Shown one piece after another: positions 1 through 14,325 of a stretch of 64,000 nt of DNA; within the stretch, counting starts at the first letter, position 1; the number at the start of each line of letters is the position of its first letter. The DNA lies in the NCBI GenBank assembly GCA_951406725.2, contig OX597819.1, positions 3,348,001 through 3,412,000 of the forward strand, given 5' to 3'. The notes below the pieces were generated by a model that ran no database searches, was not told the DNA's origin, and saw nothing but the letters and a program-made list of their open reading frames with translations. The stretch comes from Octopus vulgaris. Its lineage: Eukaryota. The translations under genes were made by a program, and so were the position numbers.

Positions 1-216
1 TTGGTTACGGATAGCATCTTAAGAAAGCTGCTTACACGACGCCAAGTATCAAAGAACATTGAATGTCCCAGACCAGATATTCACTGTTCTTTAACACTCA
101 TGTAAAGAGCTTTCCTAGGACGCTATCCTGCAGCAAATGATCGCTTAAACAAAATATATACAGTGAATGTGCAACCGATAATGTTTACATTGTTAGATCT
201 GCTTTTAATTAGAAAT

Positions 217-257
<41 letters not shown>

Positions 258-258
<1 letters not shown>

Positions 259-812
259 GCCCTGATGCAGTACCAGGCAGAGGCTCTCATGGCTTCTGAT
301 CTTAACTGATTGGAAGTGTTATCATGTACATTGTTTTGTCTTGGTATAAAAGATGGGCTACAGCAAATATTCTGCTCAATACCACAGATTTGCTTGTCAG
401 TTGTTTGACCTTAACCAGTTGAGCATGTCCCTTAGTGGCTGACGATATGTGCATCTCTGATCACGAGCAGAAGTAGTGGGGGAGCATCATAGCCATGTGT
501 TGAGAGGGATTCTTTGGGGTTTGAATAATTCACCTCTGGAGACATGGGTGGGTTTTTCAACATCCTTAAACAACCCTTATTCAGGGACCGTTTGAGCGGG
601 ATGGGCTACTCAACCTGAAGAAAATTCTAACTGGGCCCCACCTGCAAGGTCATGTGCAGTTTATCTTGATATGAGATCCCCATGCCGCGCACATATGGTT
701 GTGATGCATGTGCCTGGTGTACCTTTATCAGACGGGTAGTCATGATGGGTATATTGGGCTTCGTATATTTTACCCCAGTGTCACTTTGATGGCATGAACT
801 GCTCTCTCACTC
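258..812 (+). mobile_element. ~555-bp non-coding (AAT)n-embedded element, copy 1
   Basis: Starts TGCCCTGATGCAGTACCAGGCAG and ends GCTCTCTCACTC, flanked by (TAA)n; same ends in four copies; no credible ORF; strand assigned by analogy with neighbouring Dong-like copies. Confidence 0.8.
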
Positions 813-1589
<777 letters not shown>

Positions 1590-1590
<1 letters not shown>

Positions 1591-2119
1591 GCCCTGATGC
1601 AATACCAGGCAGTGGCTCTCATGGCTTCTCATCTTAACTGATTGGAAGTTTTATCATGTACATTGTTTTGTCTTGGTATAAAAGATGGGATACAGCAAAT
1701 ATTCTGCTGAATATCACAGATTTGCTTGTCAGTTGTTTGACCTTGGTGGCTGACCATATGTGCATCTCTGATCACAAGAAGAAGTAGTGGGGGAGCATCA
1801 TAGCTATGTGTTGAGAAGAATTCTTTAGGGTTTGAATAATTCACCTCTGGAAACATGGGTGTTTCGTTCATCATCCTTAAACAAACCTTATTAGGGACCT
1901 TTTGAGCAGGATGGGCTACTCAACCTGAAGAAAACTAACTGAGCCCCACCTGCAAGTTCCTGCGCTGTTTATCTCGATATAAGATCACCATGTCGCGCAC
2001 ATGTTTTTGTGATGCATGTGCCTGGTGTACCCTTATCAGACGGGTAGTCATGATGGGTATATTGGGCTTCGTATAATTGTACCCCAGTGTCACTGATGGC
2101 ATGAGCTGCTCTCTCACTC
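1590..2119 (+). mobile_element. ~555-bp element, copy 3 (more diverged, short internal deletion)
   Basis: Same termini; lacks the AACCAGTTGAGCATGTCCCTT segment near 1744. Confidence 0.8.
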
Positions 2120-2141
2120 AATAATAATAAAAATAATAATC

Positions 2142-3030
2142 GAGAGCTTAATGAGATATCTAGCCCAAATTAAGGAAACCTTACTAGTGACAGTTAGGAA
2201 CAAGGGAGTATTGAGAGCAGAGAAAAAAGGGAAAACAAAGGAAGAAGTACAAAAAGGACATGAAGAAGAATTATACAGGAAGGGACTAGACAATCAATTC
2301 CATGTAGCCACAACAGAAGATGCTGGAAAAAATAGGTGGGATTGGCTGATGAAAGGAACCTAAAAAAGGGACCGAGAGTACTATACTGGCAGCGCAAGAC
2401 CAAGCTTTGGCCACGAACTGGATTGTCAACCTTAGGAATGAGCTAATTTTTCCCACTCTCCACTGTGCCGTATCTGCAATAGAGTGGATGAAACCATTGC
2501 TCATATCACGAACGAATACCCTAGACTTGCCCAAAACCACTACAAGTTATGGCGACACGACCAGGTAGCGAAAGTGCTACATTAGAAACTGTGCGAAAAG
2601 TGGGGACTAAAGAGACGCAGGACGTGGTGTGAGCACAAACCGCAGAGAGTGACGGATCCGGAGACTAGCAAAATCCTCTGGAATTTCCCAATTTAAACAG
2701 ATCAGGTGCTAGAGCATAACAGACCGGACCTAGTAGTTTTGGGCAAGGTGCACCACATATGCTATATAGTTGATGTTGCATGCCCCTTTGACCCACGAAT
2801 ATTTAAGAAGGAAGGCGAAAAGATAGATAGATGCAACCCTCTTAAGTACGAAATAGCTCGGCTATGGAAAATGAAGGATGTGAAGATAGTGCCAATTATT
2901 GTTGGGTTCTTGGGAACAGCATCAGAAGGCATCAAGAGGAATATAAAGGAAACTGGAATGGAGTGCCTAGTAGAACTGTTACAAAAGGTTTACCTCCTCG
3001 GCACGGCCAGAATAACCAGGAAAGTATTAG
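2142..3030 (+). mobile_element. Degenerate 5'-truncated R4/Dong-like non-LTR retrotransposon (family A), CCHC + RLE region
   Basis: Frameshifted translation gives ILAAQDQAL, CRIC...ETIAHI, RHDQVAK, HNRPDLVV...IVDVACPFD...KY; begins right after (AAT)n. Confidence 0.85.
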
Positions 3031-3443
3031 AGGCACAAGACCTGGATGAATGGAGGAAGACAGTGATTGTTGAGGGCTTGAGAGGGAGAGAGTGAAGTAT
3101 GAGAGATTTAGGAGGAGGCTTAGAAGGAAGGAACCTGTGGAGAATGAGGAAGTGTTGCTTTTTGTGTGAGTGGTTTGTGGGAAGAGGCGTTTGAGTCGTG
3201 CAGCCCTCGTCAGCCATCAAAGATCTCACAGGAATCGACCCATGATAAACCGTGATGTGGCTATTAAAATTCATAACAGAACATATGTAAAATGTGGAAG
3301 AGTGTGCCTCACAGTTGGAGTATCTAATAAAACTTTGGCTGGGCTTAAAAGTCATATAAAGGCAACACATGGCATCAATAACGAATCTTTTCAGTGAGTC
3401 TTTTTGGCAATGGCTTTTCTCGTGTAAGGAGGGTGCAGCTATG
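3031..3443 (+). mobile_element. RTE-like LINE 3' fragment with C-terminal C2H2-like fingers
   Basis: AQDLDEWRK, CGK..SRAALVSHQRSH and KCGRVC..LAGLKSH motifs, then a short 3' UTR before (CA)n. Confidence 0.55.
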
Positions 3444-3553
<110 letters not shown>

Positions 3554-4279
3554 CTTTTATCACCTGTTCATTATTGTTGATATCGCGTATTTTCCATAAT
3601 CTCACAAAAGCCTATAGCATACCAAACGACTATACCAACAAATTCACTTCTGATAATGTTTTCTTTCAAATGATGCAGTCATATCTGGTAAATTTCATTT
3701 TATTTAAAGATAATCATTTAACAAATTCCTGAAGGGAAAGTGTCGAATAGTCCTCATAAATAATAAAAAAAATAATAATTGTAATCTATATCATCAAAAC
3801 GTATGAGGAAACAATGTCTAAATGCGTGAAATATCCGCCCCCATTTTTTTCTTTTTTTTTTTCACATCTAATTTCGGTCTAATCGTAATCTACAGCATCT
3901 GAAAATATCGGTTGAAAATTTCATTGAAGAATACTCATTTTTCTGAAAGTTGTGAAGGAAAAGTCAAAGCGTGCGAATTATCCGAAACTCCCCTTACCCC
4001 AACATCGAAAAAATTTTTACAAGAACATTCGAATATAATTGTAATCAAAACTGTATGAAATGTATTTGTAGGAAATTTCAATTTTCTGGAAATTAAATCG
4101 GACGGTGACACCTATGTCAACTATTCTATAAAACTTATATTTCAAGGTAGATAACTCTATTTCATTTTCCTCGAGTTATCTCCAAAGCATTTTGAACTGC
4201 AGTTTAATATTTTTAGACATTTGATGTATAAATTGAAAAACAGATGGGCAAATAAATAATTGAATAAATTAATACAGTG

Positions 4280-4425
4280 AAGGCACGTGGCTTAATGGTT
4301 AGGGTTTTCGGCTGACGATCATAAAGTCGTGCGTCTGATATCCGACGGCCCATGGTGTTCTCGAGCAAGACGCTTTTTTTCGCGTTGCTTCAGACCATTC
4401 AGCTGGTAAAAATGAGTTGTATTCG
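4280..4425 (+). mobile_element. Degenerate tRNA-derived CORE-type SINE
   Basis: GTGGCTTAATGGTTAG A-box-like head and GTTCTCGAGCAAGAC core-like segment; related to the copy at 24745-25052. Confidence 0.5.
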
Positions 4426-4851
4426 TGATTGGATCACTTGGAATACTCATCGTCGTAACCGCCGGAGTACCAGTAAATTAATGCAATAATTAATGGATAA
4501 GTTAATTCAAGAGGCAAACAAAATAATTAGATAGCCGAAAAAGTGATATTTTATGTATCAATTTATTATTCTTTGGCAAGAAATATACTGACAGAGACTT
4601 CGAAGTTTCGGCCAGCTTAGCTATCGTCGAACAGTCCGATGACACGTCATTGATGAGGTCACGAATAGGAACGAAAGGACTTTGACAAACCAACAACTGA
4701 CGCATAAAAGAAACGATCGGTTAGTTAGTTGAGTTGATATTTAACCGATTGGTTAACAAGAAAGAGGTGATATTGAATCACTGCATGTATTTATTATTAT
4801 TGGCATAATGGCCCTCCGAAAACATAAAAAACAAACATTAATGTATATGTG

Positions 4852-5552
4852 TGTAGTGAATCTTGCGTGCATGAAGTGGATTCGATCCACCACAGCCAAA
4901 TTTATATTAACACTGCTACAGAACTTTTCCCACAGTGGAACAATGGTTTTTCTCTAACAGCAGTTTTACATTTTCCTGATGCCTTTAGCTAGGCCGAAAT
5001 AATGTCTTCACCACTTGACCCTTTCTAACCTCTTCTACTTCACCAAAAGCAAGAATTGTGATAACAAGCCCCCCCCCCCCCCACTAAATCTATTGTTCTC
5101 ATTGATATATCTATCCTTCTGGATAGTTATATAAACCAGCACATCCCAAGCAAAAAGTTAGTCAGTCACATCATGACGACTCAACGAGGTCTGGCAGACC
5201 AGCCTCGGTCAGAGGGAGAAATGAAGACAACACCATACAATTCTCTCTAGCTCTAATTCTGTTCTCTTACAACATCATTCTAACTCTCTCAGCAATTACT
5301 ACTAAACAACGAAGAGAACCCAAACACAAACATTCTACCGCATCTAACTTTCGCATGCTTTTGGATTTATCAAAACCTGTCCGTCGAGGCAAAGTATTGT
5401 AACGTAACGGTAAATAAACATTTCCCTAAAACTTTATGCACTTTGTTCTTTAACTTCTTACAACTTGCCATCATATCAACAACAATTCTTATCGTCACAC
5501 CAGCCGACTATCAACAAATATCATAATAATGTTTACCCTTCAATTAAAACCG

Positions 5553-5556
<4 letters not shown>
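4852..5556 (+). mobile_element. Candidate solo LTR
   Basis: TGTAG...GTTACA termini, TATATAAA near 5128, AATAAA near 5413; no clear TSD. Confidence 0.3.
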
Positions 5557-5630
<74 letters not shown>

Positions 5631-6104
5631 ACAGAGTTGGAATTTGCTAAAAAATAAACAAAACAAAAGTCGAAGACGGGTGTGTAATCAACAAGCAGAT
5701 GCATTAGTTTAACGCTCGGGAAGCGAGAAAGTCCCCCCCTCTCTCTCTATATATATATGAATTGAACTAGTTTCAGCTCACGAGCTGTGGCAATGCTGGG
5801 GCACAGGCATTTAAATATATTATATCTCATCCATATATTCGCATTTTGACCCAAAATAGAGACGAAAACCAATTTCTCTATGTGATCGGCTTGAAAAATT
5901 GTTAAGATCTTAAGATATTTACAATGCACGAAACCATTGGTAGCCTTAATACTCAAATGAATCTTTATCCACTAATTTGGTGTTGAATCTCCTCATTGTT
6001 TGATATTTACAATATACATAATTACATTTTATAGAATAGCATTGTTTCTACATGTCTTATTCAGGTGTATAACTATCTTAACGAGTTTTATACCACCCGT
6101 TATA

Positions 6105-6308
6105 TTGATTTCAAATTTTGACACAAGACCAGCAAGTTCGGGGGAAGGGAATAAGTCGATTACATCGACCCTAGTGCTCAATTGGTGTTCTTTTTATCGG
6201 CCCCGAAAGGGTGAAAAGCAAAGTTGACCTCAGCCGAATTTGAACTCAGAGCGTGAAGACGGACGAAATGCCACTAAGCATTTTGCTAACGATTCTGTCA
6301 GCTCACCG
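6105..6308 (-). mobile_element. tRNA-derived SINE family 1 (core CTTTGCCTTTCATCCTTTCGGGGTCGAT)
   Basis: Minus strand shows A/B-box-like head (GAGTTCAAATTC), family core and CTTGTGTCAAAATTTGAA tail. Confidence 0.75.
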
Positions 6309-6789
6309 TTTTATCTCCCTTTATATTAAATGATGTTGATTTCATTGTCATAAGACCGTTGTTTACAAGAAAGAAGATACATGGGATGGTTGATTGCTCA
6401 TGATTTTCTATGTTAGCAGTTAAAAAACACAGTATGAGTGTTTGAAGAAATAATAACAATTTGGGCCTAAGTTCTTCAGTGGAGAAGTAATAAAAATTGG
6501 AAATGACTATGTCTTTTTTAAGGCGTTAAATAATAACTTCTAATCCAGACACAAGAACGCAAATTTGGGGATGGGAGAAGTCGATTATATCGATCTCAGT
6601 ACTTAATTGGTCAATTGGGTTCTGCCATTGTGAACTGGCAAAGCAAAGTTGACCATCGCAGGATTTGGACTCAGAATGTAAAGAAGAGGAATAAATATCG
6701 TAATTGATTTTATCCAACGCTCTTAGGAATATATGACTCCATCACTCTTCAGGCGTTATGAAGTGGGTTTTTAAATTTAGGTACAAATT

Positions 6790-6990
6790 AAGGCAGCGAG
6801 GTGCCGAAAAAAAAAATGCTTAGCGGTATTTCGTCTGTCCTCACGTTCTGATTTCAAATTTCGCCGAGGTTGACTTTGCCTTTCATCCTCTCGGGGTCGA
6901 TAAAATAAATACCAGTTGAGCACTGGGGTCGATGTAATCGACTTACCCGCTCCCCTGAACTTGTTGGTCTTGTGCCAAAAATTGAAATCA
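6790..6990 (+). mobile_element. SINE family 1
   Basis: AAATGCTTAGCGGTATTTCGTC head, core, CTTGTGCCAAAAATTGAA tail. Confidence 0.75.
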
Positions 6991-7635
6991 ATTTAGGGAC
7001 TTCAGCAATTTTAAGGATTCTAGTTGATTGCATCGACTTTGATACTTGATTTGTCGATCTCGAAAGAATGAAAAGCAAAGGCAGCCATGACCGGATTCAA
7101 AATCAAAATATATAGAGAAGAAACACAAACTGCGAGGCACTTTTCTTTTCCAACGCTTTGACGATTCTGCCAGCTCGCTGTCTTTTAATGCGTTAAACAC
7201 TACACAAGAAATAAAAATAGAGTCGGAGATCAAAAAACCGTAATCCGAATTTGCTACTGAGAATTTATCACCACCTGTTGCATTCAACCTTTCATTATAA
7301 ACTAGAAGGTTCATTCTATTTATTTCTCTTTCCTACCCTCTAACTCTCTTTGCACTTTATTTTAAAAGCTATTGAAGTTTCTTTAATTTCTTTTATACCC
7401 ATTTAATCTCTACTCTAATGAAATATGAATTTTAAAAAATTATAATTTAATTAACGATTACATTGTGAAAACTGGTGACCTAGCTCTGTAGATTAGGAAT
7501 CGGTTAAAAGGGTTAATTGTAGAAGAATAAAGAGATAAAAGAAAAAAACTATATATGTATATATGGGTGTGCATGTGTATATATATATATATATGTTCTT
7601 CCTTTTTAGTGCTTCCAAATCCAAAATAAGAAATG

Positions 7636-7696
7636 TTGAGCTGACGAAAGAAATGCTGAGTTTATTTGGCTAATCTAGAAACGTTAACGTTCTCAA
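7636..7696 (+). ncRNA. Minimal type I hammerhead ribozyme motif (Penelope-type)
   Basis: TTGAG-CTGACGA-(stem II)-GAAAC-GTTAAC-GTT-CTCAA: stem I TTGAG/CTCAA, palindromic stem III. Confidence 0.7.
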
Positions 7697-7979
7697 ATAA
7701 TCTTTGTACTTGTGATATTTTTTCTGTTTTTACCTCCATACCTTCGTGAGTTATTTTTGAGTAAACATTATCTGAGAGAAATTTTCTTTAAGTAGTGGAA
7801 ATGGCTAAAAAACTTTTTTTGGCTGCTATTTCTAGAAAGTTCAGTATGTGGCAAAGTAATTTATTTTACTAAGCCCTAATTATATAATGTAATATTTTGA
7901 ATTCGCCTTAAATGGTCCTTTTACATACTGAATACTTGGTGAAATTGATTAATAACTAATTAATTTTACCCTCAATTGT

Positions 7980-8046
<67 letters not shown>

Positions 8047-8085
8047 TAAAAAATGGAGTTAACGCAGGTTTAAACAAGTATTTTT

Positions 8086-8171
8086 ACTTTCTACATATGT
8101 TTCGAAAATTCCACTGATATTATTCAAAAGAATAAAAGATATAAACAATGCAATCTTCTCTTCGGGAAAGT
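8086..8171 (-). ncRNA. Hammerhead motif in Penelope pLTR (left arm)
   Basis: Reverse complement of the motif at 9622-9707. Confidence 0.65.
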
Positions 8172-8370
8172 GAAAAAACGAAACTCGTCAATACGACATT
8201 TTAGCAAAAAATGAGGATTCGTATAGCGATAGACAGAAGGCTATTAATATTGTTTAAAAAAACGTTATATGATATAACGTCATAAGTAGCTAACAGAAAG
8301 AGTAGGGATATTAATAGTGAATGTTAAATATAAAGGAAATTAAAGTTTAAACTATATATAATGATAGGGA

Positions 8371-9420
8371 CTACTTATATGCACTAAAAGTATGTTTCTG
8401 CCAATGCTTACATCTGTATGCTCGTTCTATAACCGTGTTTACTAGAGTATCTTTAGAAAAAATAATGAAAAATAGCTCAGAATTGCAGAGAAGACAGAAT
8501 TTCTTGCCTTTGTCATATGGTATCGAAATTGAGAGGATCAACCATTCTAAATGAAACTGTTCATGGTGGTCTTTTAAATCCCAAATCAGTTTGCTGAGAC
8601 CGGTACTATTCCGTTTATTTCTATCCCTAAATGTTGAGTAATGGATAGAAATTCTCTTAGATAACTCTAACGATGTGCTTCCAATGTAAAATCGTACTTT
8701 ATTACGAGTACTGATCATACACTGGTATATAGAATTTTTAATCTTAGAGTTACTTGACATAAATTTAATTCTATTGGAATTAACTTCAGATACAATAACC
8801 TTGTTATTAATATTTCTAGAGGGTTGGATGGTATTAGCTAAATTAATGTTAGTATTAGTAAATGTATTAATATTTAACAGTTTGTTATTATGAGAAAAGA
8901 TAATTTGCAAGAGATTTTTTGTGTTTGAAAAACCTATCCTAACCTGATGTGAATTAATTATAGAGTAATATCTAGAATTGTTTGGAAAATTCCTAGCAAT
9001 AGCTTGACGAAACAGCAGTGGGAGATTAGATTTAACTTGTCTCCCGTAAGGAATTATTAACCAAATATTTTTACTATTATTCATAGCGTAATTACTTTTG
9101 AAGGTGTTATATTTACTTTTAGATCGGTAATAGGGGAATAAAAAAGGGTTATCTGCCTTCATTCGCTTTGTATCGGTGCGTAAGTTATGTTTGTTATCAA
9201 TAATTCTTTTACGACTAGAAATCTTATCTACATTATTGAATTTACAATTAGACTGAGCAGAATCAATGTAGAAATTTTTTTCTGTATAACCTGCTTTGAT
9301 TAAGGCAGAGTTATAGAATTCATCGTTATTATTGAAAATTTGCAGATAATTTAGATAATCTAAATGAAATATTCTTAACTAAATTCTTAGTAATTGCTCC
9401 AGGATGATTACTAAATTTGC
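8371..9420 (-). pseudogene. Penelope RT C-terminus + GIY-YIG endonuclease (partial)
   Basis: SIYQC...FYIGSTS...KRISIHYSTF...LSKLIW...CLLCNSE...CKH in ORF 8371-9162; upstream SNHP...FYNSALIKAGY thumb-like motif. Confidence 0.85.
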
Positions 9421-9621
9421 TAATGTACTTAAGATTGGTCAACGGTTTATGATTTCCTTTATATTTAACATTCACTATTAATATCCCTACTCTTTCTGTT
9501 AGCTACTTATGACGTTATATCATATAACGTTTTTTTAAACGATATTAATAGCGTTCTGTCTATCGCTATACGAATCCATCATTTTTTGCTAAAATGTCGT
9601 ATTGACGAGTTTCGTTTTTTC

Positions 9622-9707
9622 ACTTTCCCGAAGAGAAGATTGCATTGTTTATACCTTTTATTCTTTTGAATAGTATCAGTGGAATTTTCGAAACATATGT
9701 AGAAAGT
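9622..9707 (+). ncRNA. Hammerhead motif in Penelope pLTR (right arm), U4C core variant
   Basis: ACTTTC-CCGAAGA-GAAGATT...AATTTTC-GAAAC-ATAT-GTA-GAAAGT; stems I, II and III all pair. Confidence 0.7.
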
Positions 9708-9898
9708 AAAAATACTTGTTTAAACCTGCGTTAACTCCATTTTTTATTCATATTATTCAAAATATTCAACGTAAACACGAAGTTTCAACCTTTATAAACA
9801 AGGAGTTACAACCTCTTTACTTGTGAGATTTTTGCTGCCCTGGTAACTATTTATTTATTTATCTGTGTTAATTGTTAACAAGGTAAAATACACTCATC

Positions 9899-10149
<251 letters not shown>

Positions 10150-10340
10150 TCGAAGTGTACAGTATATATCCAATGCGGCTGATGTTACCGATCGGTTTCC
10201 CCAGGGTGAGTTAGGTAATTGTCCGATTATGTAACTCTGTGCTCTTCAGAGATGGCAGTTATGAAATATGAAATATGGTGACTACTTTATTTCTCTCTCT
10301 CCCCGTCTCTCCACCACTCTCCCTCCCCTCGCCCCCTATT

Positions 10341-10371
<31 letters not shown>

Positions 10372-10373
<2 letters not shown>

Positions 10374-10657
10374 TGTGAACTCTCCTGTAGTTGATGACAG
10401 ATGAGGATTTCACAGTTCCTTGCTGAACAACCTGTACAAATGATTGTTTAAAGTGATCAAATATTTGTGCTGTGCTCTCTCTATTTGTGTTCACTCTATC
10501 TATCAAATCGACGTTGCCTGGGTAGGTGCATCGTGTGCCACACGTCAGGTGCCGAAGGGATCGCAATGGCAATGTAAAGTGTTTTGCTCAAGAGCGCGAC
10601 GCCCGGTCCAGGCACAGAAATCACGATCTTCCGATTGTGACCCTTTAACCAATAAGC
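10372..10657 (-). mobile_element. Degenerate tRNA-derived CORE-type SINE
   Basis: Minus strand GCTTATTGGTTAAAGG head and CTCTTGAGCAAAACACTT core-like motif. Confidence 0.5.
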
Positions 10658-11199
10658 TGTATGTATATGATCGTGTGTGATTCAGTTCCACCCCACCCAA
10701 GATTATTCAAATGTGAGAAATATAGAGGATATATAATTTTACAACGATCTTACGAACAAATTAAATTACATAATAGGAACTTGCTCATAGAACCAGGGAC
10801 TCATAGAGTCGTCACATGTGCCTCTTTCAATCTTCAAAAATGGCTGCGGAGGAATTGAGCTCTGCGTGCAAACTCTTCCGAGAAAATAACCCCCCCCACA
10901 CACACACACATGTATACACACACGCACACGCGCGCGCGCAACTGAGTATCTTTTATGTAAATACAAGCCTCCTTAAATTTCGTTCTGGTTCAGAAAAAAA
11001 GTTTTTTTTCGAAACGTTTAACTGAGATATCTTTTAGTATGTGCAAGTGTGTGTTTATGCGTGCGTATGTATATATATGTGTGTGTGTGTGTGTATATAT
11101 ATATATCTCTTTTTTTTTAATTTTAAAATTTTATTTTATCTAGTTTCAGCTCACGAGCTGTGGCCATGCTGGGGCACTGCCATTTATATATATATATAT

Positions 11200-11589
11200 A
11201 CTCTTTTACTTGTTTCAGTCACTTGACTGCGGCCATGCTGGAGCACCGCCTTTAGTCGAGCAAATTGACCCCGGGACTTATTCTTTGTAAGCCCAGTACT
11301 TATTCTATCGGTCTCTTTTGCCGAACCGCTAAGTGACGGGGACGTAAACATACCAGCATCGGTTGTCAAGCAATGCTAGGGGGACAAACACAGACACACA
11401 AACACACACACACACACACACAAACATATACACATATATACGTCAGGCTTCTTTCAGTTTCCGTCTACCAAATCCACTCACAAGGCATTGGTCGGCCCGG
11501 GGCTATAGCAGAAGACACTTGCCCAAGATGCCACGCAGTGGGACTGAACCCGGAACCATGTGGTTGGTTAGCGAGCTACTTACCACACA
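11200..11589 (-). mobile_element. SINE family 2 (CORE-type, internal (TG)n, AAAAGAGT tail)
   Basis: Reverse complement of the copies at 28268 and 31577. Confidence 0.85.
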
Positions 11590-11603
11590 AAATTCTGTAT
11601 GTA

Positions 11604-11785
11604 CAAGGTGGGTGCTGAAAATTCCTGGATTTAGGGGTGTCACGAATGGCCTGGCTGGAGGCCCAACCTTCCTTGTTCTTTTACAGGGCTTAGAAAGACT
11701 GAAGGACGCTGCTATAAGTGTATGAATCTGAGAGGGGAATATGTTGAATAAAATAATTAACTGATCCACTTGTATTTTAACTTGT
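11604..11785 (+). mobile_element. Internally deleted mariner derivative
   Basis: TA-CAAGGTGGGTGCTGAAAATTCC TIR-like start; encodes mariner C-terminal NLRGEYVE*. Confidence 0.5.
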
Positions 11786-11789
11786 GCTC

Positions 11790-12106
11790 AAATGTCAGGC
11801 AGCAAATCATCAAATACGTTGGCAGACAGGAAACAGTCCTTGTGCAGGTAAAGAGACGGAAGCTTTTCTGATATGGCCATGTATCCCGCCGCAACTCCTT
11901 GTTCAAAATCATTCTTCAGGACACAGGTGATGGAGGGCGAAAGAGAAGTCCTGGTTTGACAACATCAAGGACTGGCCAGGTCACAACACAGTGAACTTGC
12001 TGTGCATGACAGAAAATAGGGACCAGTGGCGACGGCTGACTATGAAAACGTATAAAGTGTCAACCCAACGACTGGCTGCATCAGTTGAAGGGATCTTGAT
12101 GATGAT
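11790..12106 (+). mobile_element. RTE-clade LINE 3' fragment
   Basis: VKRRKLF*YGHVSR..SLFKIILQ..SWFDNIKDW motif; short (GAT)n tail. Confidence 0.7.
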
Positions 12107-12374
12107 ATTAGCACCGACTTGATCATTTATTTTAAAAGGTAATTTCAGAATCAAATCAACAAAAATGATGTTATGGAACTTGGAATGCGAGGTGTTTTTG
12201 TTTTGAACTCAATGCAGTCCAGAGGATACGTTGGGTAACCAACTATATTTCTCCACACTTATGTCATTGTTATGGTTCCATAGACATTCTTTATTTTTCA
12301 CGTTTGAGTTTAGTTTTTCGCTCTTGTATTCAACGTCCTTAACAAAGTAAACCTTAAAAAGAATTACCACAATA

Positions 12375-12590
12375 CTGAATTCAAATTTTGGCACAAGGCT
12401 AGCGAGTTCGAGGAGTGGGTAAGTCTATTATATCGACTCCACTATTCTACTGGTACTTATTTTAACGACACCGAAAGAATGAAAGGTAAAGTCGACTTCG
12501 GAGGAATCTGAACGCAGAGAGTTAAGACGGACGAAATACCGCTAAGCATTTTGCTCGGTGTGCTAATGAGTTTGCCAGCTCACCACCTTA
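12375..12590 (-). mobile_element. SINE family 1
   Basis: Head, core and tail as at 6105. Confidence 0.75.
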
Positions 12591-12674
12591 GAGTTACTCT
12601 ATTATTAGCTACCGACTGGAAATGCTGCATACTAAAGGATTAAACTAAATGAAAATCGCGAAATATGTGCAGAC

Positions 12675-13035
12675 ATGGTTTACTTCCTAACCACATGGTT
12701 CCAGGTTCAGTCCCACAGTGTAGCACCATGAGCAGGTGTTGTCAACCACTGACCGAATAAACTCTTGAGAGTGGATTTGGTAGACAGAAACAGAAACTAG
12801 CCCATCGGATATATGCATATGTATATGTTTACAATTATGGGGCGTCTCTGTGTTTGCGTTTGTCGACCGGTGTTGGTTTGTTTACCTTTCAATAACTTAG
12901 CGGTCTGACAAAAGACACTTGTAGAAGTACCAGGCTTAAGAAAAATTAAGTACTGGCATTGATTTGTCCGACTAAACCCTTCAAAGCGTTGCCCCAGCAC
13001 GGTCGCAGTCCAATGATTGAAACAAGTAAATGATA
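12675..13035 (+). mobile_element. SINE family 2, diverged
   Basis: AACCACATGGTTCCAGGTTCAGTCCCAC ... TGATTGAAACAAGTAAA. Confidence 0.7.
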
Positions 13036-14140
13036 AAAGAAAGAAGATAACCAACGTTCTAGAATATAATTTTCAAGATAAGAAAGTTATTCCAATATTG
13101 CATATCACAGACCAACAGGATAGTCTTGATTGAATCATATTTTTCTATTGACAATAACCAAGGCCCAGAATACCTTTGACACACATTTTTGTATTGATGG
13201 GTATTTGACAGTAATACAATTTCTTTGATGTTTAACTACAATGTAACAATGAAATAAAACTCCTAAGAAAAGCCTACATTTTCTTTCTTCTATCTTTAAC
13301 AATCTCAGCAAGACATTTATTACGCATTTCCTCCTTCTAAACACAAAACAACACACGTTGAAGAATATCAGGTATACGACTTAGAAGTAATCGATATTTT
13401 ATTTACACGTGTAAAAAATATAGTTGCTGGCTCGTTTTATTTTCCTGAACTTGGATTTGGCATTCATCTTCATTCAATTTTTATAGTTTAATTCTTCAGA
13501 TATTTGTCAGTTGAATTCCGTCATAACACGCATTAGAAAAGAAGTTAAAAACTATATCTTTATCAGGAAAAAGCTATTCGTCGTCGCCGTCGTGTGTGTG
13601 TGTGTGTGAACACGCATATCCACGCACACATACATCTATACATCTATATGTATTGTATTGTATGTGTATGAGACGAGGAATTTACTGAAATGTTAGACAG
13701 TTGGATTGACTGCTTTGGAATTTTGGTTCCAGTTCGCTGTGCGCTGAGTTCAAATACCGAAAGGGACAAACTTGATATTAATTCTTTCATGATCGATGAA
13801 TAAAGTACCAGTTCTTTCCTGGAATCGATTCTTTCTGTCTGTTTGTCTGTCTATATCTCCCCACTTCTGCAAGAAGTTGGCTCTGGTCGAGACCAGGAGA
13901 GAAATGAGCTCTGACAAGTCTAAAAATGCTCTAGACACACAATATATCATGTTGGTATTTCTTTGACTCTATCAAAGGCCTTATCAAAGGCCAAGCAATA
14001 TATTTGTAAGTATGCGAGCATACATACATACATACATACATACATACATACATACATACATACGTACGTATGTACGCTAATATGTATACGCACGCACACA
14101 CACATATACTCATAGAAATATGCTGATATACATACATACA

Positions 14141-14173
<33 letters not shown>

Positions 14174-14283
14174 CAGCGGAAATTGCGAGGATGGTCCGGT
14201 TCTTGACTGAAGATTGAAGGCTTCGAATGTCCCGTCCGTGTTTTTTGTATCGTTTTGCGTTCTTGTCCCAGTTTGTATTTTTT

Positions 14284-14314
<31 letters not shown>

Positions 14315-14325
<11 letters not shown>

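Noticed and set aside
258-340. Possible ribozyme or pol III A box at the 5' end of the 555-bp element
   Set aside because: Only a small GCC-CTG/CAGGC hairpin is visible; I could not build a full HDV or hammerhead fold, and no B box is evident
14190-14245. CTGAAGA...GAATGTCCCGTC hammerhead-like string
   Set aside because: Lacks GAAA and a stem I
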